The position numbers and the translations under genes were made by a program. This document shows positions 40,773 through 54,250 of a stretch of 64,000 nucleotides of DNA, in pieces. The stretch is from the NCBI RefSeq assembly GCF_006345805.1, contig NC_043003.1:80786001-80850000 (forward strand), read 5' to 3'. Source of the DNA: Octopus sinensis. Taxonomy: Eukaryota. The notes under the pieces are model-generated. The model made no database searches, was not told the DNA's origin, and saw only the letters and a list, made by a program, of their open reading frames with translations. Position 1 is the stretch's first letter; each line of letters opens with the position of its first letter.

Positions 40773-43554
40773 ACATATATATATATATTATTGTGTGTGT
40801 GTCTACGCGCGCGCCTGTGTGTGTACGCATGTGTGCACGTGGATAATAAATAAGTAGCTTGTTTTCCCATTTCGTGACGAAACATGATTGTCAAGTAGAC
40901 TCGCCCGTTCATGACTAAACTCGGATACAAGATTTTACATTATGTTATTGCCAATATATGAGAGCCTATTCAATACATAAAGCCCTTAATCAGCTCATTC
41001 CAACCAGCGATCGGAGTCTTGTAACACTAATATTTGGTCCATTAGCTGTCACTGATATTTTCTGTCACTCTCCGAAATGAATAGGGTCCTAGATGCTGTA
41101 AAGGGTGGTGTAAGGAACATTTCCAGATGCTTGTAAAGATATATATACACAAACATCATGAAGAGAAAACCATTGAATTTCAGATATGTTTCTAAGTGAA
41201 AGTTGCTCGTATTTTAGAAAAGTAGTTTTATAGTTAAATAGTTAATGTGCCATTAGTAATTTCATATAAGACTTGTTTTAATACAGACGGAGCCGATCAA
41301 TAAAATTTGCATTAGAATTTCATTACAAACATATTTTAAAATTGTATGGAAACACAGCCTGCTGAATTACAGTAAATTCTTTGATTTTCAATTATAATAT
41401 GATATAGTCTTACTAACATTTTACTGTTGAAATGAATTATGGTTTATAGTTGATGTCTGTTAACACCGAAAACTATGATTTTTACTTGGCTTTAAAGTAA
41501 AACTACAATTCTTTATCACATGTAGATTAATCGGTGTCCTTGAACTAGTACTGCAGGTTAAACACTCATTCATTTTGTCTGTTCTGATTTTAAACAATGG
41601 GTTTACATATGTATGCTACTTAATCACATACAACTAGGCGAGTAATTTTCACCAAGAATGGTCAGCCTCGTCATTATTATACGTAAGTAGCACAGATCAG
41701 AAACGCGTATAAACAATGTGTAGCTGAACGTCCCTTACATTAAACTGCAGCATGTATTTGTTAGAAAGAAAGGAATTCCATTATTGTTTGTCTACTGAAT
41801 GAAGGTGAGTCTTTAAAATGTTGAATCGTGTACCTTCTGCTATTTGTTGCGAATCCACTTGAGCTTAATCGAATACCTGCTGTGTTCCCCTTTGCCTTTC
41901 AGCATTTCAGGTTTGTGAAATCTGCATAGGTTTTCTTTTAAGAATCTACGACAACATTGACACCGATGCCTAATTCTATTGGTCTTAAGAAAAACCTTTC
42001 CCTTGGAGAAAATTCATATTGTGGAAAAAGGACTTGAATCAAAAATCAAATGGTACTATTCTGAGAAATAAAGCATTGTCCGGTCTTTTGCATAAGGATG
42101 TAGATATATAATAACCTCTGACTGGAAGGGTTTCTAGTTTATAGCCTGGGAATCTGCAGTTTATTACAAGTGACCTATCAGGGAGATATATAAACCCCTT
42201 TATCACTAGTCACACAGATCACTTCTACTCCATTTCCAATTAAGCCGTAGGAAAATAATCTGCGTTTGATTCTCTAGGGGTCAGTAAAATTCTTAAATAT
42301 CTTCGATTTTCATATGTAATATCTCTTCTGGTAAAGTAATTTCTTACCTGTTGGTCGGATATATTTTTTTATTCTTCAGAATATGTTGTCTTAATTTTTC
42401 TTTTCAATAGAGTGATTTAACTAGCTTTTCCTTTATATATATATATATATATAAAAGAGCACATGAGTTTAATTGCAAATTCAAGATTGGGGCAAAAGTA
42501 AGACGTACACAAACGTCTTTAAAAATTCAACGGCACGGTAATCAACGATGAAATTTGCATAGCTGGCATATAATTCAGTCATGTATTATTTCTACCATTC
42601 TCACAGCGCAGCTATTGATAATGATGAATCTAAAGCACATCTTTTCATTTATTAATATTTACTGACAAAAATTAGAAAATGTATGCGTAGACAACTATCT
42701 TTTAAAAGTTAAATATAACTGCTTAATAATGTCCATGAAACCGTTATTTTTATTAATATGCTACTTCTCGATTGTGACATCGATTAATCTTAGGCAAAAT
42801 AATTGAGTTATTAAGGACTTAGTATAACTTCCTATCTAAGCTAAATGTCTTTTCTCATCTGATCATTGGGGACTTAAAGTCTGCCGGGGTGCATTGCTGA
42901 TAACATTGACTTTAAATATGTGTTGGGAATAACCTCCATAAACCCAATCAACTGAAATGAAAAATTTCCATTAAACAAAATGACTATATAAAATATGATT
43001 GCAGTGAATAGAAAATGGAGCGAGGGAGAAAAGGAAAGAGGGAGAAAGTGCGAGAGAGGAGGAGAGAATGAACGCAAGAGAATGAGTGGAGGTGAATGAG
43101 TGTGTATGCAGTAGGAAATGAGAGAGACTTAAGAGAAAAAGTTTGTCTTGATAAGTATATTGTCATAGGGGCCGATAGGTAGATGGGTGATTAGTTCATC
43201 AGTACTAGGCTGTTAAATTGAGAACAGAGAATGAAAGAGAGAGAGAGAGAAGAGAGAAAGTAATATTCCGTATGTTGATGAGAAGATAGACAACTATTAT
43301 TCATGACGAAATGTACCGTTGATTTTAAAATCTCAAACGTTCCTGAAGTAATGTCTTCTCACCTTCGTGAATTAGGGGTCCAAGTTCAAACACATGGCAC
43401 CACGTATTTGAACAAAGGTCAGTGACTGTTGTCTGTTACCTGAGGTTGAGAAAAAAATTTTGTTCAGAAAACGCAATACACTCCACACATACACACACAA
43501 CACACACACAAGCGTGCATATATATATACATTTATATATAAGCATACATTATAT

Positions 43555-43586
<32 letters not shown>

Positions 43587-43891
43587 CTATATATATATCA
43601 TATATAAATATACATGTACATATACATACATACATATATATATATATATAATATATATATATATATCTATATATATATATAAAATATATTTAAGACAAAA
43701 ACCACTATTTTGCAAAACCAACAGGAAAGACTTAATCAATACTAAAATTTAATAATTTATGTATTGATAAGTCTTTCCTTGTTGTTTTGCAAATAGGGGT
43801 TTTGTCTTAAATAATATTTTATAATATTTTACTATAAAATTGGATTTAATACTAAATCTGATTTTTTTCCCGTAAATTTGGATATATTCCC

Positions 43892-43941
<50 letters not shown>

Positions 43942-44344
43942 AGTACTTTGTACGGCATTTTGAGTATACTAGAATTATTTTATCACAACGTTCGTTTCGG
44001 CACATTCTGAATTCCAATGAACCTTCAGTGCAGAAGTGCGTGTTTCAAGTTACATAAGCACATAAGCGATATTTTGCACATAGGCTGATGAACATCATGT
44101 GAGTACATATGTATACATAAATTACGGATATGTACTTGAAAACCAAGTGACTTGATCTGAGATCGTATGCTGAAACAAAAACAATTGCAGCGTGGAAGTT
44201 GCTTACGTGCCATTTGAAAGCAGACAAAAACAGTTAAGTTCACTTCAACATTTGAATTCAATTTGTCAAAATATTTTTGTCACTTTCAATCCGTGGCCTG
44301 TTGACTGGAAAAATTCGTTGCTCCATATATATATATATATATAA

Positions 44345-44380
<36 letters not shown>

Positions 44381-44750
44381 CCACACACACATGCACACAC
44401 ATATATTCTAAGTTATCAATACGTAAGGCGGAGTGTATTGAAAGCTTTATTTAGGGCAACGATCGTTGCGGCATACTTCTGCACTGATCCCTGGTGGGTG
44501 GGGATGGTGCAATGTAATCGAATGCACCTCATATTGCAGAATAAATTTTCTCAGTCCACGTTTAACGGTTCGGTGTTATAAGACGTACATTCCGCTGATA
44601 TGTGTGTAGCAAGGTGATACTGGTTCATCGTGCATTTGATTCCATTACATTGTTTCTCACTCATTAGGGAGCAGTTCCAAAGTAAACCGAAAGGATCGTT
44701 GTCCTGAATAGAGTTTCCAGTACACTCTGTCTTCTGTATTAATCATTTAG

Positions 44751-44824
44751 AATACACTTAACGAGTACCGAAAAGTTCCTTACGTACATCAAGGAACAAA
44801 ATTGCTCTACCTGGATGAGGCCTG
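44751..44824 (+). CDS. Candidate internal exon of an unidentified gene
   Basis: Flanked by ctctgtcttctgtattaatcatttAG and GTAAGT; 74 bp; open as NTLNEYRKVPYVHQGTKLLYLDEA or IHLTSTEKFLTYIKEQNCSTWMRP. Confidence 0.35.
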
Positions 44825-45019
44825 GTAAGTACGAGCAGTGAGCATGCTCTGCAGGTACATTTTAAGGGCATTCCGATAAATAGGTTTGGATACTATAACT
44901 TAAAGTCTCCTCCCAATACTTGAATTTTAAATACAATATATATATATATATATATATATAGATAGATAGATAGATAGATATATAGATATATATATATGCA
45001 TATAATGCATATATACATT

Positions 45020-45365
45020 CGACCCCAGGACTTATTCTTTGTTGGCCTAGTACTTACTCTATCGGACTCTTTTGCGAACCTCTAATTTACGGGGACATAA
45101 AGAAATCAGCATCACTTGTCAAGCGATGGTGGGGGGAGGGTGCAAACACACACACACACACACACACTCATACACACTCACACACACACACACACATGTG
45201 TATATATATATATATATATATATAACACAGGCTTCTTTCAGTTTCCGTCTACCGAATACACTCACAAAGCTTTGACGGCCCAAGGCCTGCACAAATTGCT
45301 ACACAGTGCGACGGAACCCAGAACTTTGTTTTTGGTAAGCAAGCTTCTTACCATGCAGCTACACT
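45020..45365 (-). mobile_element. tRNA-headed SINE, family S3 (internally deleted copy)
   Basis: Head tagctgcatggtaagaagcttgcttacc...gggttcc; body matches 51733-52082; internal (CA)n/(TA)n. Confidence 0.8.
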
Positions 45366-45393
45366 TGTGCTTTTATATATATATATATATATA

Positions 45394-46030
45394 TTAGTTC
45401 GTCAACTATGAAATTTGTAGAAAAGAAAAAGAAATTTACTAATGTTTTATAAATACATGGAATAGTTTTATTCATCAAAGTATGCGCAAATATTGTCAAT
45501 ACACATTTGCCATTTCAGCTGTAGCTTGTCCAGCCCGGAACTGTAAAAGCCTGGCAACCTAGAGTCAATAAAATCTTGGAAGGCCTGTTTTACAGCATCT
45601 TCGGAACTACTTTTCTCCCGATCAAAAAGTTATCCAAATTCTGAAGAAAGTGGTATTCAGTGGGGACAAGATTAAGTGAGTATGGTGGATGATGGAGAAT
45701 TTCCAACTCCAACTCCTGTAGATTCACCAATGTCATTTTTGTAATGTGTGATCTGGCGTTCTCTTGCAATAAAATAGGAGTTGATTTTTGTCTAATCTAA
45801 GCTGGGTTTTTTTTGTAAGTTTCTGCATCATTTGGTCCAGTTGGCTGCAGTTACTTCGGCCGTGATTGATGAGCCAGTTTTCAAGAAATCATAATGGATC
45901 ACACCTACGCCAGTCCACCAAACACACATCACCATCTTTTTGGACTGAGTTTGATGGCTTCTTTCTGTAAACTGTTATCACCAAGGTATAACCTAGTTGA
46001 TATGTTTTGGGATGGGATATTGTGCTTTCT
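45394..46030 (-). mobile_element. Mariner transposase remnant with probable 3' TIR
   Basis: LQELELEILHHPPYSLNLVPTEYHFLQNLDNFL on the minus strand; TA|TTAGTTCGTC terminus at 45394. Confidence 0.8.
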
Positions 46031-46138
46031 TTTTGCTTTTATGCAAACTGTCAAATTTAACCCGAATACTTTGTACATACGTACATTACATAATGCATAC
46101 ATACATATATACATACAAACTTATACATATATATGTAT

Positions 46139-46169
<31 letters not shown>

Positions 46170-46293
46170 CATCATATATTTATATACTTTTACAGAGACA
46201 CTCACACTCACACACACACACACACCCAACACACACACGCGTGCGTACATACACACACACACACACCACACACACACACACACACAGATATAT

Positions 46294-46339
<46 letters not shown>

Positions 46340-46660
46340 ATATATTATATATATATATATGTATGTATATCGACTATGACACTTTCAGAGGCGGCTTCAC
46401 TTTCGATGGTGTCAACTGACCGAAAGCGGTTAAAGAATACATGAATAAAGGCGTAAAACTAATACGTGGATTTGTATGTTTAGAACTGGCTTCTTCTACA
46501 ATTCTTAGTATACAGAAGAGTCAATTTCTCTCTTCAAATATCTCGCAAACAAGGAATTATTTTGTCCTTATTTATCCGCAACTAACTTCATCCAACTATG
46601 CATTTCAAAGACATTTTGGATGTTGTGTGTTGAGAAGTTGTTCATATGTTCTTCATGTAG

Positions 46661-46695
46661 ATACAATCAACAGTGCGAACAAAATTTCTTCCATG
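46661..46695 (+). CDS. Candidate 35 bp micro-exon
   Basis: Flanked by gttcttcatgtAG and GTAAGA; all three frames open. Phase-compatible with the second frame of 44751-44824 (...WMRP-D-TINSANKISSM). Confidence 0.25.
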
Positions 46696-47406
46696 GTAAG
46701 AAATTTCACTTACATTTCCAAAAGAAAACACACTCGTGGATGAAGTTAATAAATCGTTAAAATTTTAGCATAGGAAAGGATGAAATCGATTATGTCGACC
46801 GCAGTATTTGACTGGTTCTTATTTCATCCAAAATACCGAAATCTTTGGAATATTTAAGCGTGTAAGTTACAGATATAGATATGTTATTTCGTACGGAATA
46901 TACTACTTTCATGTGTTGTTGTTGCACAAGATATTTTTATCCATACAGAAAATTAGTGAAGTATGACCTGAATATTATGTGATAATATAGAGAAAAACCG
47001 GCATTTTTTCTACTCAAGCCGCCTCCAAGCTGGCACTTTAAATTAGATGACAAAAAATTTGTCTGAAACTAACTAATTTCTAATTATAATATCAACAAAT
47101 AAATTTGGTCAATACCGCTCTTCTTGTTGACATTACGATTTTACCTCCAGCCGCTTTATTTAATGTGAATATTTCGTATTTAAGCGAGTAACCAAATGGT
47201 TTTCGGTATTATGTAATTCAATCGGTTTTCAATAAAGAACTCCTGTTACTAACTCACCTCTTCACATACGTGATTTATAGTCATCGATAGAAGTGTAATG
47301 GATTTTCTGCTCTCATTATCTACGAGAAAAATTATTTTTTCTACAAATACCCCGATCATTGAGTGCTGTCTGTAGTAGGTACCTGGGTTATCTAATTCCA
47401 TCTTCC

Positions 47407-47437
<31 letters not shown>

Positions 47438-47601
47438 CATACATACATACATACATACGTACATACATACATACATACATGTAATGTGTGTACTTATGTC
47501 TATGTCTATGATTATATGGATGTATGTATTTATGTATGTATGAATGAATGTATGCGTGTTTGAATGCATGTATGTATGTACATATATATCTATATATATG
47601 T

Positions 47602-47651
<50 letters not shown>

Positions 47652-47799
47652 ATATGCATTTGATAGTCCCCCTGGAAAGAGTTTCCACGTTCGAGTGTAG
47701 ACGACCCTGCTAAACTCGATTACGTACACCTAAATGCATGCGTATGTGTGATTACCTGTAGGTTTGTTTTCGTGTGCATACGAATGTATATATATACGA

Positions 47800-48080
47800 A
47801 CATATATGTACATACCTACATATATATGTATATATACATGCATATATGGGTACAGGACATCAAAAAAACTTTAAACACAATGAGAAACGGAAACATAAAA
47901 ACAAAAACAGAGAAACTAGGCATGCAACATAAAGAATCAGTTGTCCCTGTTTAATCTACTCCGCGTTTATGATTTTGTTTTTATGTTTTCGTTTCTCATT
48001 GTGTTCAACGTCTTTTTTTATGTCCTGTACCCATATATGCATGCATATATACATACATATGTAGGCATGTACATATATGT
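47800..48080. repeat. Imperfect inverted repeat, ~107 bp arms (47800-47906 and 47973-48080)
   Basis: gggtacaggacat...aacacaatgagaaacg occurs on both strands; also seen as mirrored ORFs MHIWVQDIKK. Confidence 0.85.
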
Positions 48081-48366
48081 AAGTATATATATGCATATAT
48101 TTATATATTATTATATTATCATATGATCGAACGCCACGCATCCTTTTCCAAGTATATATATACATGACATGTAAAGGGGTTAAATAAGAGTTTTACCAGT
48201 CCAACATATGTTTCTGGGGATTTGGTGGCCCAAGATAATGATTGTAAATTGATTACGCTATCAGAAATACAGCCTCTGTTTCATGGAAACTTTTACATTT
48301 GAGATGTATTCTATACGGAGAATATGTCTTTCATCTATAAACTATATATTATACATACATACATTC

Positions 48367-48424
<58 letters not shown>

Positions 48425-48426
<2 letters not shown>

Positions 48427-48716
48427 AGGCGCAATGGCCTAGTGGTTAGGGCAGCGGACTCGCAGTCGTAGGATCGCGGTTTCGATTCCTAGAGCGGGCG
48501 TTGTGAGTGTTTATTGAGCGAAAACACCTAAAAGCTCCACGAGGCTCCGGCAGGGGGGGATCCCTGCTGTACTCTTTCACAACTGTTTCTCCCACTCTTT
48601 CTTCTGTTGGCCTGCTCGTTTAGCCAGCGGGGTGGCGTCATTCGAAGGCTGAAACAATGCGAACGCATTGTGACCAGCGATGTGTAACTACATCTGATGG
48701 ACTGGTCGGTCACGTG
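48425..48716 (+). mobile_element. tRNA-derived SINE S2
   Basis: A-box TGGCCTAGTGG and B-box-like GGTTTCGATTCC; lies between (GT)n and (AT)n. Confidence 0.9.
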
Positions 48717-49936
48717 ATATATATATATATATATATATATGCATTCGATGGGGTTGCAAAGTTGGCATAGAATTAAATTTCAAATGCTTTGTTATTTAAA
48801 CCACGTGATATAACCAAACTGCAATCTAAAATCTTATAAAAAAACAGTTTACAGCGCTGGTATTAAAAGTTTTATGTCCTGAAAATTACTTTTGGAAAGT
48901 AAATCTAACGATATTGCATGAATTTTTCTGTATTTGGGGTGAACTTTTTGCTGACATAGTATACTTAGGAATATATCTGAAACAGTTAGAAATACATTTT
49001 GAATGCTTCACATACATCAATAAAGTCTCTCTGTTCTGAGAGCCATCGCCATCATTATCATTATTACGAACAAATCGCGTCGTATTAGGATTTTAAAGGA
49101 TGAAACCTTTTACTCGTGCCTGTGTTTGTGTATCTTTATTTCATTCACTATCTTTATATCAATCTATTTATTTACCTTCCTTCCTTCCTATACACCTATT
49201 TAACATTATAAATATATATATGTGAAGGAACGCGTGCGTATGCGTGTATGCCCGTATGTGATTGTACATATATGCGCGCGTTTTTGCCTATGTGTACATA
49301 TAACTGTGTACGCGTGTGAATGTGAATTCACTTTACCTTGTTGATGCTTCATACTATCCCTTTCCTGAGATTCTTGTTACTGTTTGAATGAATCAGTAAC
49401 ATAATAACAGAAAGAGCTGTACATCAAATGCAAACCACTGATAGAATTCTCTCGTGAAAGAGATTCCATTTCTCTACATCTGTTATTCCTTTTAATAAAG
49501 ATATGTATCTCATAATTATTTTATTCATTATTTACTATGTCACATGGTCAGTGCGTTTATGCAAAAGAAGCCAATATTTGTATACTCTATCAAATATCTA
49601 AACGCATACGCAAATTCCATATACATACAAGTGTCAGGAAACAGGTTCACAAGCAAAATATGGAAAATGCCTGAAACCATTTGTTATTTCATCGTTATAT
49701 GTCAGAATCATGTGTCCAAAGAGAGGTGGGTGCTTAGCCCAACGCCAATTCGATTTAAGTTAAATGCTAAATATAGGGGAAGCTATGCCAAAGGCGTAAT
49801 TTTCAATGACGTTCCAATTGATAGCATGTACTTTCCGCATAGTGAATTTAAGGTTTATAAGTGTCATTGCTTAATCCTGTCCCCAACGAATCATCAGTGA
49901 GTCACAAATCATACAGCAATGAGTGGCAATTGTTGT

Positions 49937-49984
<48 letters not shown>

Positions 49985-50033
49985 TGTTTTCATATATATA
50001 TATATATAAGTATATATATATATATATATTTAC

Positions 50034-50100
<67 letters not shown>

Positions 50101-50149
50101 ATATATATATACACTGTAAGAACTCACACTGGTGAATGTTGCATGGCGT

Positions 50150-50850
50150 TGGATTATAAATAAATAAAATAGAAATGATATTCATCGTGTATTGGATATG
50201 GTCAACGAGTGAAAGGTATGTAAATACGCGAGAGATAAGTACCAGACAAAACACCAAAACATTCACAATATGCACAATGCGTTACCAACAAGTGAAGAAT
50301 ACGTAAATACATCAGAGAAAAGTGCAAGACAAAATACTAAATGTAGATAACTTTCCATCAATTGTCCTATTTCGTATTATAACGACAATATAAGGAAAGG
50401 GAGCCGAGAAAAATGACATCCCGCCCGGTGTACGTCTATTCCGGTAAAGAAGGAGCTAGAGAAAAGGCCTGTGGTTACGTGTGAGCAACAGAGGCAGAGG
50501 GAAAGGGGGACAAGAGAGTGGATGAGGGAAAGAAAGAAAAGGAGTGAGGAGAAGGGTGATGACATGACAGATAGTGGGGAGTAGAAGAAAGACAGATAGG
50601 GGAAGCAAAGAAGGTTATAGCGGGATAGAGAGAAAGAAAATTGTGTAGCCGCAGATATTACACATAGATATAAGAACTTACAAAGAGCAAGGCTGCGTGG
50701 CGTTCAATTATAGATAAATGAAATAAAAATACACATTGTGTACAAGATATAACCAACGAGTGAAATATGCGTAAACACACGAGAGATAAATATAGGACAA
50801 AATACAGAATAAACTACACAATAGGTACAGGACTTCACTAATGAGTGAAT
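50150..50850. repeat. Diverged direct repeats (three ~70-85 bp units, caacgagtgaa...cgagagataa...gacaaaa), probably a retroelement terminus
   Basis: Units near 50200, 50285 and 50752. Confidence 0.5.
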
Positions 50851-50860
50851 ATATAAATAT

Positions 50861-50912
<52 letters not shown>

Positions 50913-51732
50913 ATAGATAGATAGATAGATAGATATATAGATATACGTATATACATGTATATATATATGTATGTATATATATATATGTGTGTATGTATAT
51001 ATATGTATATATATAAATATATGTGTACTTTTTCAATCTGTACAAATAACACGGAATAAATTTTAAAAATATTTAAGAGGTTAACAAAAATTCACATAAG
51101 AGCCAAGGCTATTATAGCCTACATAATTACATAGAAATTCTAGGGTTAAGTGAAATGTTTATGTATAACATAAATTAAGAAATAGAGTCAAACGCAGGTG
51201 TAATTCAAATAATTTATAATTCCAACATATGTTTTGAAGAAAGCATTAAGATTATTCCGGAGGGAATAAAAATGATGTAAAACAATGCAATCATCTCGTC
51301 AGGGATAAATATATATCGTAACTAAAAAATACAAAAAACAACATTGTCAGCACGTGGTACATGTAAAATATTAGTAGAAGCTGTTATATATGCATGTATA
51401 GATGAAAATGTATATATACGCTTATACATATTAATAAATCTTATGGTAGCAAAGAAAATTTTTGAAAAATTCTTTGCTACCAGTGGTCTAGCGAGAAGAA
51501 AAAATTAGTCAATAGACTATATATATTATTCATAGAAAATTATAGTGTACATTTAAACACATAAGAGATGACCATAATAGGACATCTAACTCACTAGAAA
51601 GAACAGTTAAAAATCCAAAACACTAATAGTTGCAATTTTGAAAGGGAATGAAATATAAAAACATTTACCCTATCTTTTCTGGACTATGCATAGTTTCGGC
51701 AATTTCATGTAAATGTTTTTTTACTCTTTTAC

Positions 51733-51927
51733 TTGTTTCAGTCATTTGGCTGCGGCCATGCTGGAGCACCACCTTTAGTCGAGCAAATCGACCCTAGGAC
51801 TTATTTTTGTAAGCCTAGTACTTATTCTATCGGTCTCTTTTGCCGAACCGCTAAGTTACGGAGACGTAAACACACCACCATCGGTTGTCAAGCGATGCTG
51901 GAGGGGCAAACACAGACACACAAACTG

Positions 51928-51958
<31 letters not shown>

Positions 51959-52082
51959 CATATATACGACGGGTTTCTTTCAGTTTCCGTCTACCAAATC
52001 CACTCACAAGGCTTTGGTCGGCCCGAGACTATAGTAGAAGACACTTGCCCAAGGTGCCACGCAGTGCAACTGAACCCGAAAT
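51733..52082 (-). mobile_element. SINE S3 (5' head truncated at the B-box)
   Basis: Contains ggcaccttgggcaagtgtcttctactatag on the minus strand (CORE-like by inference); matches 45020-45365. Confidence 0.85.
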
Positions 52083-52119
52083 TTTAATTTACAATTTTAA
52101 TTTTAATTTACAACTGGCA

Positions 52120-52445
52120 TCGGGATGGAAGTCTTGAGAAATGTGGAGCACTCCTGAAATCTGAGCTTAATGCTTTTAACAATGTATTAGCCGTAAATTC
52201 CTTAGCGGTTTCAATTGTTATTTATAGCTTCTAAGTGTTGAACTGGAATATCAACGAAATAAAGAAAATTAACAGGAAAAGCCGCAAGCTGCTGACGTAC
52301 GGATAAGATGCACCACCCAAAATGAAGACGTAAATCATTTTACTTTCACACAGCCCAAGGAGGTCGCGGCATTTTCCAGTTTGAAATCTCTTACAAAACC
52401 AGTACAGTTGAACTGGCCAAATATCTTGAAACATCTAAAGTCTGG
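52120..52445 (+). mobile_element. Dong family B-like RT thumb fragment
   Basis: LKSELNAFNNVLAVNSLAVSIVIYSF*VLNWNINEIKKINRKSRKLLT matches ~57965-58110. Confidence 0.75.
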
Positions 52446-52506
52446 TTCCTAAAACTCATATAAAATCATGTCACTGTATTTTATATAAGTTTTTTTAAAT
52501 GCTTCG

Positions 52507-52569
<63 letters not shown>

Positions 52570-52572
<3 letters not shown>

Positions 52573-52774
52573 TAGTTTTATTTTTATAGCGTGCTTTCAC
52601 TTCACTACCGAGCGCAGCTCTGTGTGCCTTGGGTATGTGCTGTGATTTGTTGTGATGCTCTGATGGTTATTGTATGGAAAGTGTTCTGCGTAGGATGTGT
52701 GCAGTGCATAGTAGTGCAATTTTCTGTATGTTATATGTGTTTGTAAGTCCTGGTGTTTTTGTTATGTATTTGTC

Positions 52775-52775
<1 letters not shown>
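52570..52775 (-). mobile_element. 5'-truncated family A 3' end (~205 bp) embedded in (ATT)n
   Basis: Close match to 18109-18320; (ATT)n on both sides. Confidence 0.9.
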
Positions 52776-52809
<34 letters not shown>

Positions 52810-52849
52810 GTTGTTGTTGTTGTCGTTGTTGCTATTGTTGTTGTTGTTG

Positions 52850-52888
<39 letters not shown>

Positions 52889-53082
52889 GTATCATACTGG
52901 ATATAAGTTTCTATGTGTATTCCATACAATGAGATTATCCTGAAATAGGAGTGGCGATTCTATTGGTAAAATACTAAATTTGTAATAAAAATACTATAGA
53001 TGATACTGTTTACATTGCATTAGTAAAGTGTAAAATAGTAAATGCCCTGATAACCTAGAATGCTTATCATACCCTAAAATAT

Positions 53083-53147
<65 letters not shown>

Positions 53148-53152
53148 AAAAT

Positions 53153-54250
53153 AAGCAATAAGATATCAAGTAGTGGCACATTACCACAATCATTGGGCGC
53201 GGTATTTCAGTTGTACGCTGAACTATCTCTTGAGTAGTTGGATAGTCTTCATAACTCCAGAAAGGCTAGCGAGCAGAGTTCGCGCACCATATACGATATA
53301 AAAAGACAGAGAACACAACCGAACATAACGACAGTATAGATAACGAATCTTTACTTATACCTCTCTAATGGGCTACTGATTTCAAGCTATATTAACATCA
53401 ACTGTGGCATTTTCCATGGTGATTCACTTTCAATATTTTGCATAGCCCTAATACTCTTTTCTTTATTGCGTTGAAATTCCAGTTCAACACTTAGAAGCTA
53501 TAAATAACAACTGAAACCGCTAAGAAATTTATGGCTAACACCTTGTTACGAGCATTAAGCTCAAATTTCAGAACTACTCGAACTCTCCGGTAACACTCCT
53601 TCCTGATAATTTCGTTCATGCTTGCATGCTGAATGTCAGAGCTTTCATTTATTCGGAGGTATCTGGAAGTTTGTCCTTGCTCAATTTGTTATATAATTTT
53701 TATCAACATCTAACATGACTGAATTTGAAGACTTCAATTTCTCTTTCCGGAATGTGGCCTTGGCACATTTATCAGGACTAAATTCCATCCTGATGCCATC
53801 ACAGAATGCTTTCACTGTACGTAATAAGCCTTCAAACTCTTTATTGTCTTTCTCATAGAATGTTAAGTCATCCATATAAAATAAATTTTTTATTTTCTTA
53901 TTGTGAATTTTATACCCATATCCTGTTCTGATACGTTCACATGTAAAGAGTATTAGGGCTATGCAAAATATTGAAAGTGAATCACCATGGAAAATGCCAC
54001 AGTTGATGTTAATATAGCTTGAAATCAGTAGCCCATTAGAGAGGTATAAGTAAAGATTCGTTATCTATACTGTCGTTATGTTCGGTTGTGTTCTCTGTCT
54101 TTTTATATCGTATATGGTGCGCGAACTCTGCTCGCTAGCCTTTCTGGAGTTATGAAGACTATCCAACTACTCAGAGATAGTTCAGCGTACAACTGAAATA
54201 CCGCGCCCAATGATTGTGGTAATGTGCCACTACTTGATATCTTATTGCTT
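53153..54250. repeat. Near-perfect inverted duplication: arms 53153-53459 and 53945-54250; 485 bp spacer of Dong RT (minus strand)
   Basis: By eye the arms differ only by one T indel. The spacer encodes FYMDDLTFYEK. Confidence 0.95.

Noticed and set aside
48425-48495. tRNA gene
   Set aside because: A and B boxes are present, but the sequence continues into a multi-copy SINE body and has no proper acceptor-stem 3' end.
49544-49900. 118 aa ORF in unique AT-rich DNA
   Set aside because: No recognisable motif and only weak splice signals; cannot be supported beyond chance.
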